A stretch of 64,000 nucleotides of DNA from Epiperipatus broadwayi (GCA_028023455.1 JAQFVV010000009.1:11284001-11348000), one strand, 5' to 3'. Positions 36,754-52,400 are shown, numbered from the stretch's first letter. Numbers and translations are program-made. The notes: generated by a model from the sequence alone, not told the origin.

Positions 36754-39700
36754 TTTGACATATGAAAAAAAACAGTTTATATATATTATTTATATTGTTT
36801 TATAAACTAAAATGATGCTAAAAAAGACTAATGTTTTTTTTAAAAGTCATCTCTTTGAAATTAGTACTTTTATTATAATGGTATTAAGAACTAAATTCTT
36901 TTTTTAAAATTTGAGTTTTTTTATATACTATATATATATTCTGTGTGTATTCTAAATGTATTATGATATCAGTTACTATATATACCTTGATATCATGCTC
37001 CTTTTGATTGCCAATTATGTAGCATATTAAATACTTCTTGTGGAGCTAGAACTACTGATCATATCCATATATAGATTGACAAAAAATAATGCCTTTAAAA
37101 TAATTATTCCATCTTATGATTATCATTTTTATTATATTTCAAATAAACATCACAGTAAATATCACTGATTAATGATATATCTTGATCACAGTCACATGAA
37201 TATATTCTGACAAAAAATAAACATGTCATCATGACCCAACATATTAGAGATGGACTTAAAAAAATAATATTTAATTTAAAATAAATAAAAATTATTGTCT
37301 CTTTTTATATAAATTTATTTATATAATCAAAATATTATGTAGCAGTGATAGTAAAACAATCATCATTAATAACAATATCAAAAGCAAGATAATATATGAT
37401 TAATAAATATTAATTCAGAAAACATTTGTCATCTTGGTCATAAAATAATCAATGATTCTATCATATTTGATTTAATTTTAGTTTTAGTTGATTATAATCG
37501 CATCAGAATTCTTCAAATTCTCATCTATGACCTATTAGCAATCATCTTCTCTTGGAATTGTTCAGAAAATAATTATCTTTTTTTTTAAATACATACATTA
37601 ATGAATATGTGAATTTTTAAAAAAAAAAATGAATGCACATTAGCTAGTTGTTTTAATATTAATCAGAAATATTAAAATTATATAGTTAACATGAGAATAG
37701 AATGGATCCTTCTATTCTTTAAGCTTTTGTTGCTAACACTGTTGAAAATTCAGAGCAAATTTAGTACATGAACCCTATGAAAATGTGTCATTAATAATTA
37801 TTAAACTAATAATTATATAAGGATGAAAATAGAAATTTGTTTTTAATAATCTTATTTTTGTAATCAAACAGAAATTAGTAATTGTTAACATGAAATTAGC
37901 CTACCTTAATGTATATGTAGTTAAAGAAAGTAAACCACTCTCATTTATGCTATAAACAAATAATTATTAGTTTAATAATTATTAATGCCATATTTTCATT
38001 TGGTTTATATGTTAACTTTATTCTCAATTTCCAACAATATTTGCAAAAGTATAAATATCAAAAACTTAAAGAATAGATGACTGTATTATGATCTTGATTC
38101 TTTGAATATACGGAGAATTATTTTATCATAGCCTGAGGAAAAGTGGTTTACTCCCCTTAATTATGTATGTAATTAACAAATAAAAATAAGAAATGGCAAG
38201 ATTGACTTAAATTTACTTATATAGTTATCAATCTTCATTCACAAATCTTTTTGGATAGCATAGTATCTTTCCATATGTTTTAAGTTCATAATTTAGATAA
38301 AATATTTATCTATATGGTATATTAATTAAGTTTAAAAAAGGTAAGTGATAAGAGCAGTTATAATAGACAAGATAATATTTTGGACATACTGGCCCATTTA
38401 GTCATTCTTTAAGTATCTATTCTCTCCAGTATAACAGACTAACTGAGGTTGTTCAGACTTTTATGAATACCCCAGAAATTTACTTTCACCATGTTGTTTT
38501 TGCTTTCTGCCTAATTAAATTGTTTTTCTTTTAATGTGTTTTTCCTTAATTTCTTTGCCTATCGGGTATCTTACTTAATCCTTTTTTTAAAAAAAATAAT
38601 CAACATTGTGTTATATTAATCTTCACCAAAGATAATATTTTTTCTAATTATTGCACATTTAATTTTTCTTGCTTATTTATTTATATATATATTTTAAAAA
38701 AACAAAGCATAATTACTCTTTGAGAGTTTTTTTTTAAAAAATATATAGTAAAATAAAGCATTTCATATAAGCACACAAGAATTACTTTATGTAAATAAAT
38801 ACATTTTTTTATCAATTCTTAGTATAAATACTCCTTTTTTATAATTATTTGATAAACAATTTTAAATGATTTTACTATGAAACAAAATTGTTATCAATAA
38901 AGTACAATGCCAGGATAAACATATAAGAATGAAAATTAATTATTAGCATTTTGTCATCATCCAATCATTTTTGAAGTTGAAAATGATATCACTTCTGTCT
39001 GCTTTTTAGTTTCTCATTAAAATGACAAATTTGGATACTGATGTTTATAACCTTTAATATTAATTCACGTAGATGTTCTTACAGGCTTAATCGATTTGAC
39101 CTTAATTAATCTTAATAAGAACTCAAAAAGCACTTGAAAATGATGCCATTTTCATTTATTAATGCAGTTAAATGATTACTTAATTCAAAATAATAATTTA
39201 TTTAATTCAGGATAAAGTAATTAGTTTAGTAAAGAAGGTGTTAAGAGATTTTCATTAGCTCCTAGAAGTATTCTGTATTAAATGCGACCTTTAATTGTAG
39301 TATTGTATATATAATGTATAAATTTATATTTCTAATATTTTTTTCGGTCCTAATGCTTTATTAAATTTTTTTATAGTGATTATTTTTTTTAATATCAAAA
39401 ATGTTTGTTTAATGAGAATTTTTAATTAAGATTCATCAAGGATTATTTAGAAATCAGAGACACTTTAAAAAATAATTTCTCCATAATACAATTTAGTTTT
39501 TATATCTTTCCTGGGTACAAACTCTCATGAGTCCAGTTGACAAAACTATTCAGCCTCTAGCAAAGGGCATCAACTTCTATTTTAAAACATTTTGCTGCAT
39601 CATAGTACATTTCTTTAATTTTCTCATTTAATTTATTGTACATTAAATTTTGTAGCATTCTAAAAGCTGTAATAATTGTTTAAGAAAATCACATTCCCTT

Positions 39701-42700
39701 TACATATACAACTTTATTATGACTAAAATTTTCAAAATTTTTATTTTATTATAAAAAAATAATTTGGTTTATAGTTAATAACAAATAAAGATTTATAAAG
39801 GCTTTTGTTTTACTCTTACATTATATACAAAAAAATTATAAATAGTTTTAAAATGTTTAAAAATAATTTGCCAGAGAGTTAAAATAAAAGCACTTTCCGA
39901 TCACTATCATCAGTGTTTACATAAATATACTTCACTATATGCTTTCTATTTGCAGACTGCACAATGCTCTAAGAACTCTGTATATGCTGTTACTAGCTGC
40001 TGTTTTCTTCACTTTAAACTTGTACAATAGTTTATGTTATCTAGAATAGTTAAGTTAGGTCGTCTGTATGGTCGACATTTTCCAAGAGTATTCTGCGCCT
40101 TGGAACCTTTCATACATAATTACACTGCCACCATTTTCCATTTCCTTACCACATCCACACATTATGTCGTGTCTTGTTTATTCACCTCATGTTCGTGTGC
40201 CATGCTTGACGATAGATATATATTATTAGTAAATTTAGCTTTTTTAAAAATTTCAGGTGATAATTATTTTGTAATTTTTTAAATAAATAGAAAATCTTAA
40301 TAATGAAGAACTTTTTTTTTATATTAAAAAAATTTTTTTTTGTTTAAATAGTTTATTTATGTATTCATAAAAGAATTAGGTTCATAATAGTAATATATAT
40401 CTTAATATTTTTAATAATTAGAATCATATTAAAATAATAGTTTTAAACATATATAATTAGTTTATTAATCTCTAATACATGCTTTTTTTACTTGCAAAAA
40501 TTAATATAATTTTGGAAATTAAGATTTTCTATTTATAATTGTTTTTATGTCTTTGTTTTTAAGCATTTGTGAATGTATTTTATTTTTATTTATTATTATT
40601 TTTTGCAACATTTTATACAAAAATTATTATTATCTGTCAGCAAAATGAAATTAAATTATTGCACTTTTTATTTTTGTTTATTTCTTTTACAATAACTGTA
40701 GTTTTCAAAAACCAATAAAATTAAAGATTTATTAGATTAGAAACATATACTTATGAAAATATAGATACTTTAACATCATTTACATTTTTTAAAGATATAT
40801 AATTACAAAATGCCATATCTTTTTTAATATCATAATTTGCATTATATAATTAAATACATTTCAAGCCATTTATTCAGATTTAAACATAATTTTGTTAATG
40901 TTTTAATTCTAATTAAAAATCATTTATACTCAAAATACATTTGAAATTCTATTTTAAAAAATTAAGTTCAAATTTGAAATTAAAATTATAGAACTAATTT
41001 ATTATATTAATTATTAAAATTTTAAATAAATTATAATAATTATTTATTCCATTAACAAAATTGCGAATGTGAAATTGTTTTAATTTTTATTCTTTTTTAG
41101 GTTAAAAAAAGTTTTATCAATTTATCAAAAAGGTTGAATTTGTTATATTTCAAATATAAAACAAAATATTTATAAATGATATAATTATTTTTATTAATAA
41201 TATATTTTTCCTAGTGAATAAAAAGAATAACCATTTTGATAGATTGATATATGTTGTGTCTCTCGTTTAGTGCTTGTGTAATGTTCTATTTGTGGCCCTT
41301 TTATTTTTCAAATCTTTTTTAGCTTGCTGTTTATTTCTTTTGTTTTGAATTGATTGCTTTTTTAAAAAGATTAAAATTAAATTTGTTATTATTGTTAATA
41401 TTATTATTATAATTGTGCAAAGTGAAGTTGGCTACTAATATTAATTGTATTAATAGCAGTTGATTATTATGCTATAATCAAACAAAAAGAATTGTTACAT
41501 AAGCTCCAAAAATAAAACTTTAAGTGCATGTGACTTTCTCTAGCCATGAAATTATTTTCATTGCCCACTAAATGCTAGATATTGCCATGTGCATGAATTG
41601 ATTTTTATATTTTATAGGACAAAATACCTCTCTTCATGATGTTTGCAATTCCTTTTTTCATCTATTCTGTGCATGCTACATTTAACACTAATTCTCACAG
41701 ACTATACATTGAATGTTACAATGAAGAATGGATGGAAATAGTAATAAATATTTAAATTTTTCATAATTTATGACTCTTTATATATATATACACACACACT
41801 TATATGTGTGTGTGAATGGTTGTAATCCTTCTGCAAAAATATAAATTATTTTTAAAAAAAAACACATTATGCTTCATTTTTATTATTATATTGAATGGTT
41901 TCCAAAAATTCAGATAAAATATATTAAAATAATAAAAAAAAAGAATATACTATTTGTTATATTCTAGATTGAAAAGAAAAAAAATATTGGTGTAATTCAA
42001 TAAAATGTACTCACACACACGCACACACAAACTTTTGAACAAATGCCTGTAACTATGATATAAATAAATTTTTGAGAAAAATTTGATTATACAAAGCTTT
42101 ATTCTATATCAATATAGATATTTTTCGTGGCTCTTTTAGTTTTCCTTTGTACTATGGATAAAGCTAGATACTACTACTATATAATGTTAATATCTAAATA
42201 AAACGTGATATTATGGATTTAAATAATTTCAATTAGGAATATACATTTTTATATGCAATATATATTGTAATGATAAATTTAGAATCATAGTTTAAAACCT
42301 TTTAAACTTTATCAAGAATATAATTACTGTGTTAATGTTAGACTAAGATAATAATTATCAAACATACAAAAGTAATAATAATTATTTTATTGCAGCCCTA
42401 TCAGAATTAGTTATAGAAATCTATAAATTATTAGAGGGCAAAACAATTTTTGAAATAAATTTAATAGATTTGGCAATTACCATAATTTTTTCATCTCAGT
42501 GCATTTGATTATTTTATTATAATGTACAAATAGTATATATTATACATTTTAAATTGTTGTTTCAAAATATTTGAACTGTTCTTGATAGTTATTATTAACA
42601 CCGTAATTATCAGTAGGATGACATATATATATATATATGAGAACTAAAGATTTTTGGATCCAAGCTTAATATGTCATTTCAAGTGCCCAAAATGATATTC

Positions 42701-43599
42701 CAAGCAATTAAATAAATATTTATTTTTTATTATGTGTATGTAATGTAATCATATATGCCAATAAATTTCCACACAAACACAAAAACATTTTAATTATATA
42801 CGTTTGTTGTAATAAAACATCAATTGTTTTTAAATCATCGTTTTTAATTTGTAAAAGAAAGAAGATCAGATAGAAATTGGACAGACTGAAGATGACTGTT
42901 TTAAAAACAACAAATTAAAAAAAAAATTGAATGATTTATTGTTTGGGAGTTCATAAGAATTTGCATCACAAGTAGTAGAATTGGTCCATCATCTCCTGAA
43001 CCTTAAGCTCTACAAACTGCCACTATAGCAAATCATCAAGGCTCTAAAAATGATCAGAATATCTTGTAAATGGTATAAGATTCTTTCTGTAATTTATTTT
43101 AATTCTTTGGATTTAACATGCCCATGAAGTAATTAAATATAATTTTGTAAGCAGTGAACTCTCAATCCAACACTTTGAAGAGATCAGAGAAAATATACAA
43201 TGATTTTCACAGAAATACATTCCTATTAATCATTAACTTTAAATAAAACTCAAATATTATAATTCAAAGAATTTTACACGTACTATATCGAAATATGAAT
43301 ATATATTAATACAATAATTATGTATTTTTTAAAAATTCAGAATTAATATTAATAGTATAATCATTACAATTTATATAATTAAATTATTTTTTAATCACTA
43401 TTTATTACAAAATGTAAAAAAAAAAAAAAAGAATTGATATTTATTATGACAAATTTTACTATTTCATTGAAAAAGTTATAACTTTTGATAGAAAGTTGAA
43501 AATCTCTTTTTCAACTATTAACATTTTTAATAGACTGATGCAACTAAACCCAAAACCTCACTACTGCTTAAATTTGTAGCAATGTGAGAAAAGTTTGAG

Positions 43600-44100
43600 T
43601 GGAGCACTTAAATCTTATCTAAAGTAAAAAAAAAAGATAAATAAAAGAAATGGTAATTATATCTCTGAATAATACAAATGAAAAGAGAGAGATTGTTATT
43701 ACTATATTTAATAAAGCAAACGTTTTGATTCATATTTTAGAAAAAAACTATTCATATGACAAATATTGTATTGGAATCATGATTTGTCAATGCTTAGTGC
43801 CAAAAAATGGCAGAAAAATGATAAATGTGTATTTCTATGGCTCTGAATTTAAGAACAATTGAAAAGTGATGATGGATATCAAAAAATTATGTATGCATAT
43901 CCAGAACTGACCAATAGTGTGATCATACTAAACTCTGTATTTATCAAAGCCCTCTGCCCACATGATTTAAACTTTCTGCAAAAATCAAAAAATAAAATGT
44001 TTTATTACTTGCTAAAGGTAATTAGTTTTCCTTTTTTTTCCTGCCAAAATTCTGTAATTTGAAGGGCCTTTCATATCAAAGTAATACAGTTGTAGAAACA
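43600..44100 (+). mobile_element. Decayed mariner transposase fragment
   Basis: ICQCLVPK (cf. xCAKxVPK), EQLKSDDG...YAYPELTNS (cf. WxYxYDPETKxQS) and SKNKMF appear in the expected order. No TIRs found. Confidence 0.45.
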
Positions 44101-44264
44101 CTTTGTTTGGTGTTGTAGACTTTTCAGTACAATGTTTATGCTTAAATATTTTACAATTATTGTGAAATCAGCATAGGTCATGTATCATTCTCCTCATTAG
44201 GAATCTTATCTGTTGAATCAGAATTCGCAAAAAAAAAAAAAAAAAATGACAATGTTTTTAACAG

Positions 44265-44500
44265 ATCTGCAATAAAACAATTCAAGGAAATAAAACATAA
44301 TTTTTTGCATTATATATATTTTAATTTGTCTTCTCAAATATTCATTCAATAAAATTGCATAAATTTGTATTTATAATTTATAAATAATCATAAATAAGTA
44401 ATTATTTATATATTATAACTATTAATTTGTGCAATTTCATTTTGAGTAAACAAAATAAAATACACATAATGCAAAAAATTATATTTTAATTTCTTGAATG
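44265..44500. repeat. Imperfect ~95-bp inverted repeat (MITE-like foldback)
   Basis: ATTCAAGGAAATAAAACATAATTTTTTGCATTAT... is mirrored by ...ATAATGCAAAAAATTATATTTTAATTTCTTGAAT. Confidence 0.65.
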
Positions 44501-46569
44501 TTTGTTTAAAGCAAATTCTCATTCAAAATAAATAAAAATTTTAATGAATAAAATTGTTCTTAATTTGATTTATAATAATTGAAAAGGCACTATATCTATA
44601 TCTGCAAATAAGATAATTTTTTTAAAAATATCCAATTATTTTTATCATGAGTAAAACACACACACCCTTCCTGCATGAAGATATTACTTCTCTAGGACCA
44701 GTTATGTGCATATCCAATTGTATGTCACGGATTCCTTTTAGACAGATGATTATCAAGAGGTGTCAAAACATTTTAAAATACTATTAAAAATGGATAAAAG
44801 AAATAGAATTTGAAAAATATTTATAAATGTGAAAGTTAAGCTAAAGTGAAGTTATTCTTTATATATATAAATTAAGCTATATTAGTTTATAAAGAAATTT
44901 CCAATTATATTTGGGCAATATAATTTTTTGATGAATTTATTTTATACAAGGAAACCAATTATTATTTTTTGTAGGATAATGAGACATATTGACTTAAAAA
45001 TAATAAATATATAAAAATTATTTTTGATGGCTTTAAATTATTAAAATGTTATTTTAACTATAATTTTTAATGATTTCTCCCAGCATAATAATGTCAATTC
45101 TCAAGCATTTTTGAAGTACATTTTTTTGTTGGAAATCATTGTCAATATTTTAATTTTATTATTTTGCATTATTATTTTATTTTGCCACTGAAGGTAAACA
45201 TATATAACAACATATATAAGCAGTCATATATAAACTTCAAATATTGTTCTTTCCATTCTTTATACATATAATGCATTTTTACCCTCTGTCTACAATTCCT
45301 TGCATTTCTTTTACTATGCATGATAATTACCCTTTCACAAGTTTGTCTCTTAGTTTGAAATGTTTTATAATCAAATGCCTATGTATGTTGTGTCTAATTT
45401 TCTTTTGCGGAAATTTTGTTTTAATATATTTCTGTGAATGTATTTTCTAATGATTGAAAAAAAAATCGTTTTTGTTTTGTTAGCTTTTAAAAATTTGTTA
45501 ATTGTCTGTCTAATTTTTTCTTCTTGATTCTTTTAAACTTACTAATTTTGTTTCTCATGTTTTATTTAATATGGTATCTTCTCACTATTACAATTTTTTT
45601 AAAAACTAAACTTATTTTTAGAATTCTACTTTAGTTGATATAAATATATATCTATATATTTTATCTCTACATTGTTTTTTATCTTTTACAATAATATCAA
45701 ATTACTTTTATACGTTATTAATGAGGCTTTTTTTAAAAAAATCAATTTATATTTTAAATTTATTTAATATTTTTTCTATATATTGTCTATAATTTCATTG
45801 GCATATCATCCTTTTGCTTTTTTAAAAATTAAAATTAAAGATGGCTGACTTATTTTTTTTTTTACTTTTTTTTATCTTAATATTTTTGTTAACATGTGTT
45901 TTATTAAATTTTGTACATTTGTTTGAGAGATGTATAAATGGTTTCCTACACACTGTCTCGTTTATCCTTTCACTTCACCTTTGTATTGTATATTCCTTTC
46001 CTCCCTCTTTTCTATTATTAATTAGTATATAGGCAAGTATATATAGTTAATTTCTTTATTAATTATTATATTATTATGTTGTTGTTGTTTTTATAGTACT
46101 TTTACCTATTTTTTTAAATTTATTTTATAATAAAATAAATGAACAATTGCCATTTTATTTCCAGTAGATTATTATGACAATTTTTATTTATTTACTTATA
46201 AAATGTTTAATACTTATATTAGATTTAAAAAAATTATTTAATGACAATAATATTTAAATTTTCTATTATTTAAATTCAGAATTTTTTAATCACAAGTAGA
46301 AAAAAGTTGAGGTACTTAGCCTAATGATATTATTTAATGATTTACATCAATAAATATATGTTGTGTACATATTTAATTTTGCTACATAATAAAGTTTTTT
46401 CAAATTATAATGTATTAAGTGAAATAATAATTAGTGACTTTTGTTGTTTTCTATACTTAAAATTAATATTGTTTATGCCGCAATAACATCACATGACTAC
46501 CATTTCTTATGCTTACACAATCTGTTTACATACTAGCAACTTTTCCATACAATAATGTTACCAGGTACA

Positions 46570-46950
46570 AGTCATAATATTTAATGGATGCTAGAAGGTT
46601 AGTGCATCAAATTTTGCAATCATAGGAAATTGTGGTCATGTGATATTATAGTGGTTTTATATCAATCCTAGCCAAATAATGTTGATGACTATAGTTCTTT
46701 AAAAATGACACCAAAACATATAGATATTGAACTGGGTTCAGATCTGTATGACTATACAAATTAGCTTGGATTGAAAATATTATTGTGTTTTCAGTTTGGC
46801 TCATAGCTTTATAATTAACTAAAAATTTTGGTAAATGGTGGCTGCTGAAAGGATGCATTAGATCAAAAAATCTAGATGCAATCCTCACAGATCCAAGGCT
46901 CTGCACTGATAAAAGCCATAAGCCAGAAACTAGTTTGGGGTTATTGGCAC
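46570..46950 (-). mobile_element. Decayed LINE RT C-terminal fragment
   Basis: Minus-strand YLGVIF-like segment followed by an RPxLEY...W-like segment; many stops. Confidence 0.35.
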
Positions 46951-48199
46951 TAGATAAGGATTTTAATGTACTAAACCTCTAGCTTCCATTGATTACAGTG
47001 GGTTGCACTAGGTGACAATTTGTCTGGAGAAAGTTGCTTTTGTGTTAATAATGTTTATATTTTGTTTTTTTTATTGATTGTGATTTGAAAATTGAAAGTA
47101 TCTAATATAAAAGCCTGTATTTATGATTCTAATTAGAAACTTATTTTTCTATAAAATTTAAATAAATGAATAAGAGTTGTTGTTTTTTTTTAAAAAGAAA
47201 ACCTGCTTAATAACAACCATGATAATTATAATATGTATATATGTAAATAACATCTAGATTCATCTTTGTATGATTCATAATATTATGACATTGGGGTATC
47301 AACTGGATCACATTCTCCATCAATTAGAAAATGAATGATATTATAAAAAACCATTGTAGAGATGTTGCAAGGATTGATATATAATAAGATTACAGGTTCA
47401 ACTAGTAGAAAATAAGAATTTAAAAATAAATAAATTTTAAATTGGAGTAGCTAAAGAAATTAATATTAAAAAAACAAAAAGCTATCGAGATTGATGCGTT
47501 TAAAAAAAATTTTTCCCAAACGAAAAATAGTTTGCATGTATCATAAGCTTTGTTCATATAATTTGAATTCTTAAGAATTACATGACTTCTCTGATTTTTT
47601 TTTAATGGAAGGTGTCATATTTGGATATGTGACACTCTCCATTAAAAATTGGATCCAAGTGAAAGCTGATATATTAAGGAGAAATTTGTACTGAAATTAA
47701 TGTTTTATTTGATTGTAAAAAGTTGATTAAGAAGAAGTCTGCATCAATTGACTTTGAAATTTCTCATTGTACTGAATAAATTTCTTTGTTGAAATTTATT
47801 GTTTAAATTTTTAAAAGTCTTTTTAAAATAAAAATTATCTAAAGATTATATGGTAATTGTAGTAAGTCATAACAAATATCTTTTAATACTATTAAGACAA
47901 AATTAATATTTCAAAGTAAAAAAAATATTTTTTATTTTATTTTAGTTAAACAATGAAGATATTTTAAATGTAAGTTAAAAAACTTTCATACTGTTTTTAA
48001 GTAAACTTTTTTCCAAGAGACTACAATAGCAGCAGAAGATTCTTGTGAACAATTTTTGGCTTATTGGTTTAGTAGCAGTGAATCTTTAATAGTGTTTATT
48101 GATTGGACTAAATTCTTCCAATGTGATTTCTTAAGTTGAAGAGAAATGTCATTACTGTCTAATTACATTAAATTGAATAAAAAATTACATAGTATAAGC

Positions 48200-49420
48200 C
48201 ACTGTTTTTGTGTGTGTGAATGTGGATGGTATGGAAATATTTGTAAGCAGTTTAAAAGATATAGAGTTTATAATAGAGAATTGTGAGCATGTAGGAAATG
48301 AATGAAAAATTAAATTTACTTAAGAACAGTCAAAGATCCTAGTATTTAATAGAATGGATAAAACTGAAGGATAGAAAAGGGAAAGATTTGAAGAAATAGA
48401 GGAGTATAGACATATATATTCTTTAGGCATATAGTTTAGAATTAAAGATGAAATGAAAAGTAAAACACCAGAATGGAACTGATTAAAAATCTGATATATT
48501 TCTCATATAATAAATATGAAGTATGTAGAATTGTTTGTAAAAAAGTAATGGTGTATGCTTTAGTATTTATAAATAATGTGCTTTTTATTATTCAAAGAAT
48601 TTCAGAAATTTTTAGATAGAATGTAAAAAGTATACAGATATGCATTGGTTGGTGAATTGTGGGCTGCAAATGAGACTATTCAAGATGAAATGGGAATGGA
48701 TGTCTTTTTAATGAGTAAATTTTACAATAAATCAAATATGTTTTGAAAGTCACAATATATGAATGACAATCTATTAATAAAAATGGTGTTTAATTGAATT
48801 TATATGGAGAGGATAACAAACATATTGGCAAGAAAAATTTTATAGCATGCAAAATTAATAGATAAATAGTTTATTTCCATGTATTTATATAAGAAATTGG
48901 ATAAATATGTTGAGAATGTATTATAGGTAGATAAATATGAGAAATAGGAAAAGAGGATAAATATAGTGACTAGAGAAAAGAAGTAGAGTTATGAAAAACG
49001 AATTATATAATAATAAAAATTTATAAAAATGAAAAGGTCTATGATAGCACCAAAGAGGATTTTTAGTTATTTGATGCAAGGGCAGAAGTTTTTAGATAGC
49101 AAAAAAAGAAGATAAAAGTGAAATAAGTATTTGAATTATAGAAGTAATTTATGTGGAGAATGAAGAGAGAGTATTGAATATTTATTTTTGAAGTGTATGA
49201 ATTTGATAGATGATCGAGTTAAATTATATTGGAAAGTGGGAAAAATTTAAAGATAAAGCAAATAAAGAAAATAAAAATTTTTGTGATTAATTTTATTTAG
49301 ATTTCTATATCAAAATTTGGAGAATTGGGAGTTAATGAAGATTTTTTTTAAAATGAGATTGGAGGAAAAAACAAATAAACCACATCTTAAAAAATAATTT
49401 GGCAATAAGGAGTAAGAAAT
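48200..49420 (+). mobile_element. Decayed 3' half of a LINE ORF2 (RT thumb to CCHC finger)
   Basis: KFT.EQSKILVFN; KYEVCRIV.KKVMV; RYAL...ANETIQ.EMG; LFDARA; E.IEY..LKC, in the expected order. Confidence 0.5.
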
Positions 49421-52400
49421 AGATGAAATTATTATAGTGTGTAAAAGTTTTAGAGGAGGGAACGTTTAACTTGGCAAACAGAATTTCTGAGCATGAAGTT
49501 TTGACTTCATTTAAGAGAAACCATTTAACATGTCATCCAGTGAAAAAATTAATGGTTCTTACTATTACTGTTATAATACCATTAATATTAATATCTATTA
49601 TACAAAATCTTATATTTCTAAGTAAAATTTTGAAGATGATCAAATTTTATTATAAATAAATTAATTTGTAAACATAATTAAGGGGGGGGGGGATCAGTAA
49701 ATACCCATAAACCAGTAGGTCAAATAACAATGAGCTGCCTTTTTTTAAAATTTGAGTTTGTAGTGGGATGGTTTAAAATCTATTCCTGAAATCCAAAAAA
49801 AATCTCAAATTAAAAAAAAAAGTTCTAGAACTCTGGACTTCATATTAAAGTTGGTTTACTTAAAATTTCATGTTCAGTTTTTGAGTTATATACAAAATAT
49901 TGCATAAAATTACTGAATAACAAAATTTTGAAGAGTGAGAAAATCATTTTTCCATTTTTTGCTTTCTTATTAATAAAATATAAATACATTCATACATAAG
50001 TGATTATGTATGTCAACATACATATCAACATACATACATATACTCATATATAAATGTATATATATAATTAAATGCTAAATTTTAATTATGAGTTGGTTGA
50101 ATATATCTGGAAATTTTTTATTAATATTGCTATTCTGGCACTGCCACATTTAGAAAGGTTGCTCATCCATAAGTATTCTGATGTTTTTTCAATATCTCTT
50201 TTCAATGTTGTTGCTCTCTTGTGTGAATAATACATTTTTTAAACCATCTATTCACAAAAGTCATGTGTGATTACCATTGTCAATTTATCAGAAGCCAACA
50301 CCCAGTTTTATGTATATATGTTATTTTTGGAGAACAATTAAGCTTTTTTTAAAAAATTATATCTAACAGCAGTTATCTACTTCATATCACTGTATTTAAG
50401 AGGTATCTACCTGATCTTGGTCTTGCTTCTATCAATATAACTTAGGTACGTTTTTATGTTACTTTGTTTTGTGTACTTTCTTTTTCCTAAACAAAGTTTT
50501 CTACAGTTATCCTATAATGAATTACTAAAATCTATTGTTAGTGATCTAGTGTGAGGCATATCTAGCTATGTACATAGATGTTCTTTGGATTCCCAAAGCC
50601 TTAAAGTGTTTCAAAATTCCAGTTTACAGATTGAGTTGAATATTAGGAGAAAAATATAATTTCTGGATGGCTATAATATAAGCCAGTGATTTTTTCTAAG
50701 GAAAGATATTAATGACTTATATTATGGCTCAGAAATAGAATATTATGAGGTGAATTATTGCTGAGAAATTAAATATTTCTGTAACACAAAGTTCTGCTTT
50801 TGCATCTGTTTTTAATCATTTCATTTTAGTCATTCCTTTGTTTATTAAAATACATTTTCAGATATTTTTCACTTATTTATTTTTCTGTTGCTGTACATTT
50901 ACTTCAATTTAAATATCCATGACACCATTTTATTTGGAAAAAATATTCATTCAATTATCTAACTAAGAATTTTAAAGCCATTTTTATATCATCATTATGT
51001 TAGTGACAACAACATTGTCTTTTTTTACAATACTGCACATATAAAAAAAATGCTAGCATCATTTCAAGATCATGATATTACTGACTTATCCAGTTTAAAA
51101 TGGTCCAGATATATAGCCTGATATATCTGAATGAAATCAAAAAGGCTGTTTTTATATAAGTACATAAGATGTAATCTTAAGTCCAAATCAACAAGATGTC
51201 ATTTTTTTTTATTGGTTACCTCACTTCTTCTAACTATCTTTTATAAGAAGATTTATATCTTTTATTCTAGTTATTAGTATCATCATATTGACTTTCATTG
51301 TGACTTGCATTATTTTTTATTTTGCTTATTTTTTTTTAATTATAAGATATTTATATCTTGTAGCAGCACTGAACACTTGATCATGGGTGGATCAACTACA
51401 AATTAGTACTATAAACTTCATGGGAGAAAGTAATCATAAACTGCTTTCACTTACTATTTTATCTGTGAATGATGGATATTACTAATTCAAGGGACATAAT
51501 CAGGCATAGATTAGGGACCTCAAGATGATGAAGAAATGTGAATAATTTATTTCCAAATATTCTCAAATACTCATTCATAGAGCTAAATGATGGAATATTG
51601 TTTTACATTCTAATCATAGTTATTTCGTATTCAAATAAAATGGTTTATTCATAAAGGAATTCCAAATAAATCTAGGAGTCTAATATGGTTATCAATCTAT
51701 GAAGTATATGTCAAGTCGATAGAAAATCCTTATTATCAATTTTTTTTAATCAAGAGATAATAAACTCATAAAAATAAAATTAGACATCCATTGAATCTTT
51801 CTAGAAAATGCCTTTTTTTCTGGAGAATTATAATACAATTCGATTTACATTAAATGTGTTGTTTATCTTTACCCAACAAATCATAACATTGGCTACTATT
51901 TCTTATAATCATATTATTAGTGGGCAACATCAATTTGATGTCCCCAAATATTTATAACAAAAGCAGCAAAAAGCTCATATGTATTTGGAGAACTTTTACA
52001 TTCTCATTTTTTCTCTCAAAATATGAATATTACCTACATTTATTTGTATTCTATTTGAATTAGTAAAAAGGTTACTTTTAATTAATTTATAGATATATTT
52101 AACTATTACCTAACATACGTGAATGAAGATTTTACATTATATTGGACTGTGCTATAAACAGAGTTTTGAGACCAAGAGATATATATATATATATTTGAAA
52201 GCTGTTTGTAGATATTTCAAGGTCATGCTATAAAGAAATATAATAATGACATATGTTAATACGATATTGCTTCCAAAAAACAACAACAAATCGATAAGAA
52301 AAAAAAAGAATATTTATATTGACTACTATTTTTAATATTTTAAAGTCTGCCTTTATTTTTTTAAGACCAATTTTTCTTCAATTGATTCTATGATGAAGAT

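Noticed and set aside
40059-40110. Weak nucleotide similarity to the S4 exon (AGAGTATT..GCG.CC) and ORF SRIVKLGRLYGR
   Set aside because: Needs several indels and lacks R-x-x periodicity; not supportable as a duplicate S4 exon.
46760-47030. Plus-strand protein-like text (DIELGSDLYD, WGYWH) suggesting another retrocopy
   Set aside because: Better explained as the antisense of a LINE RT fragment; no recognisable family.
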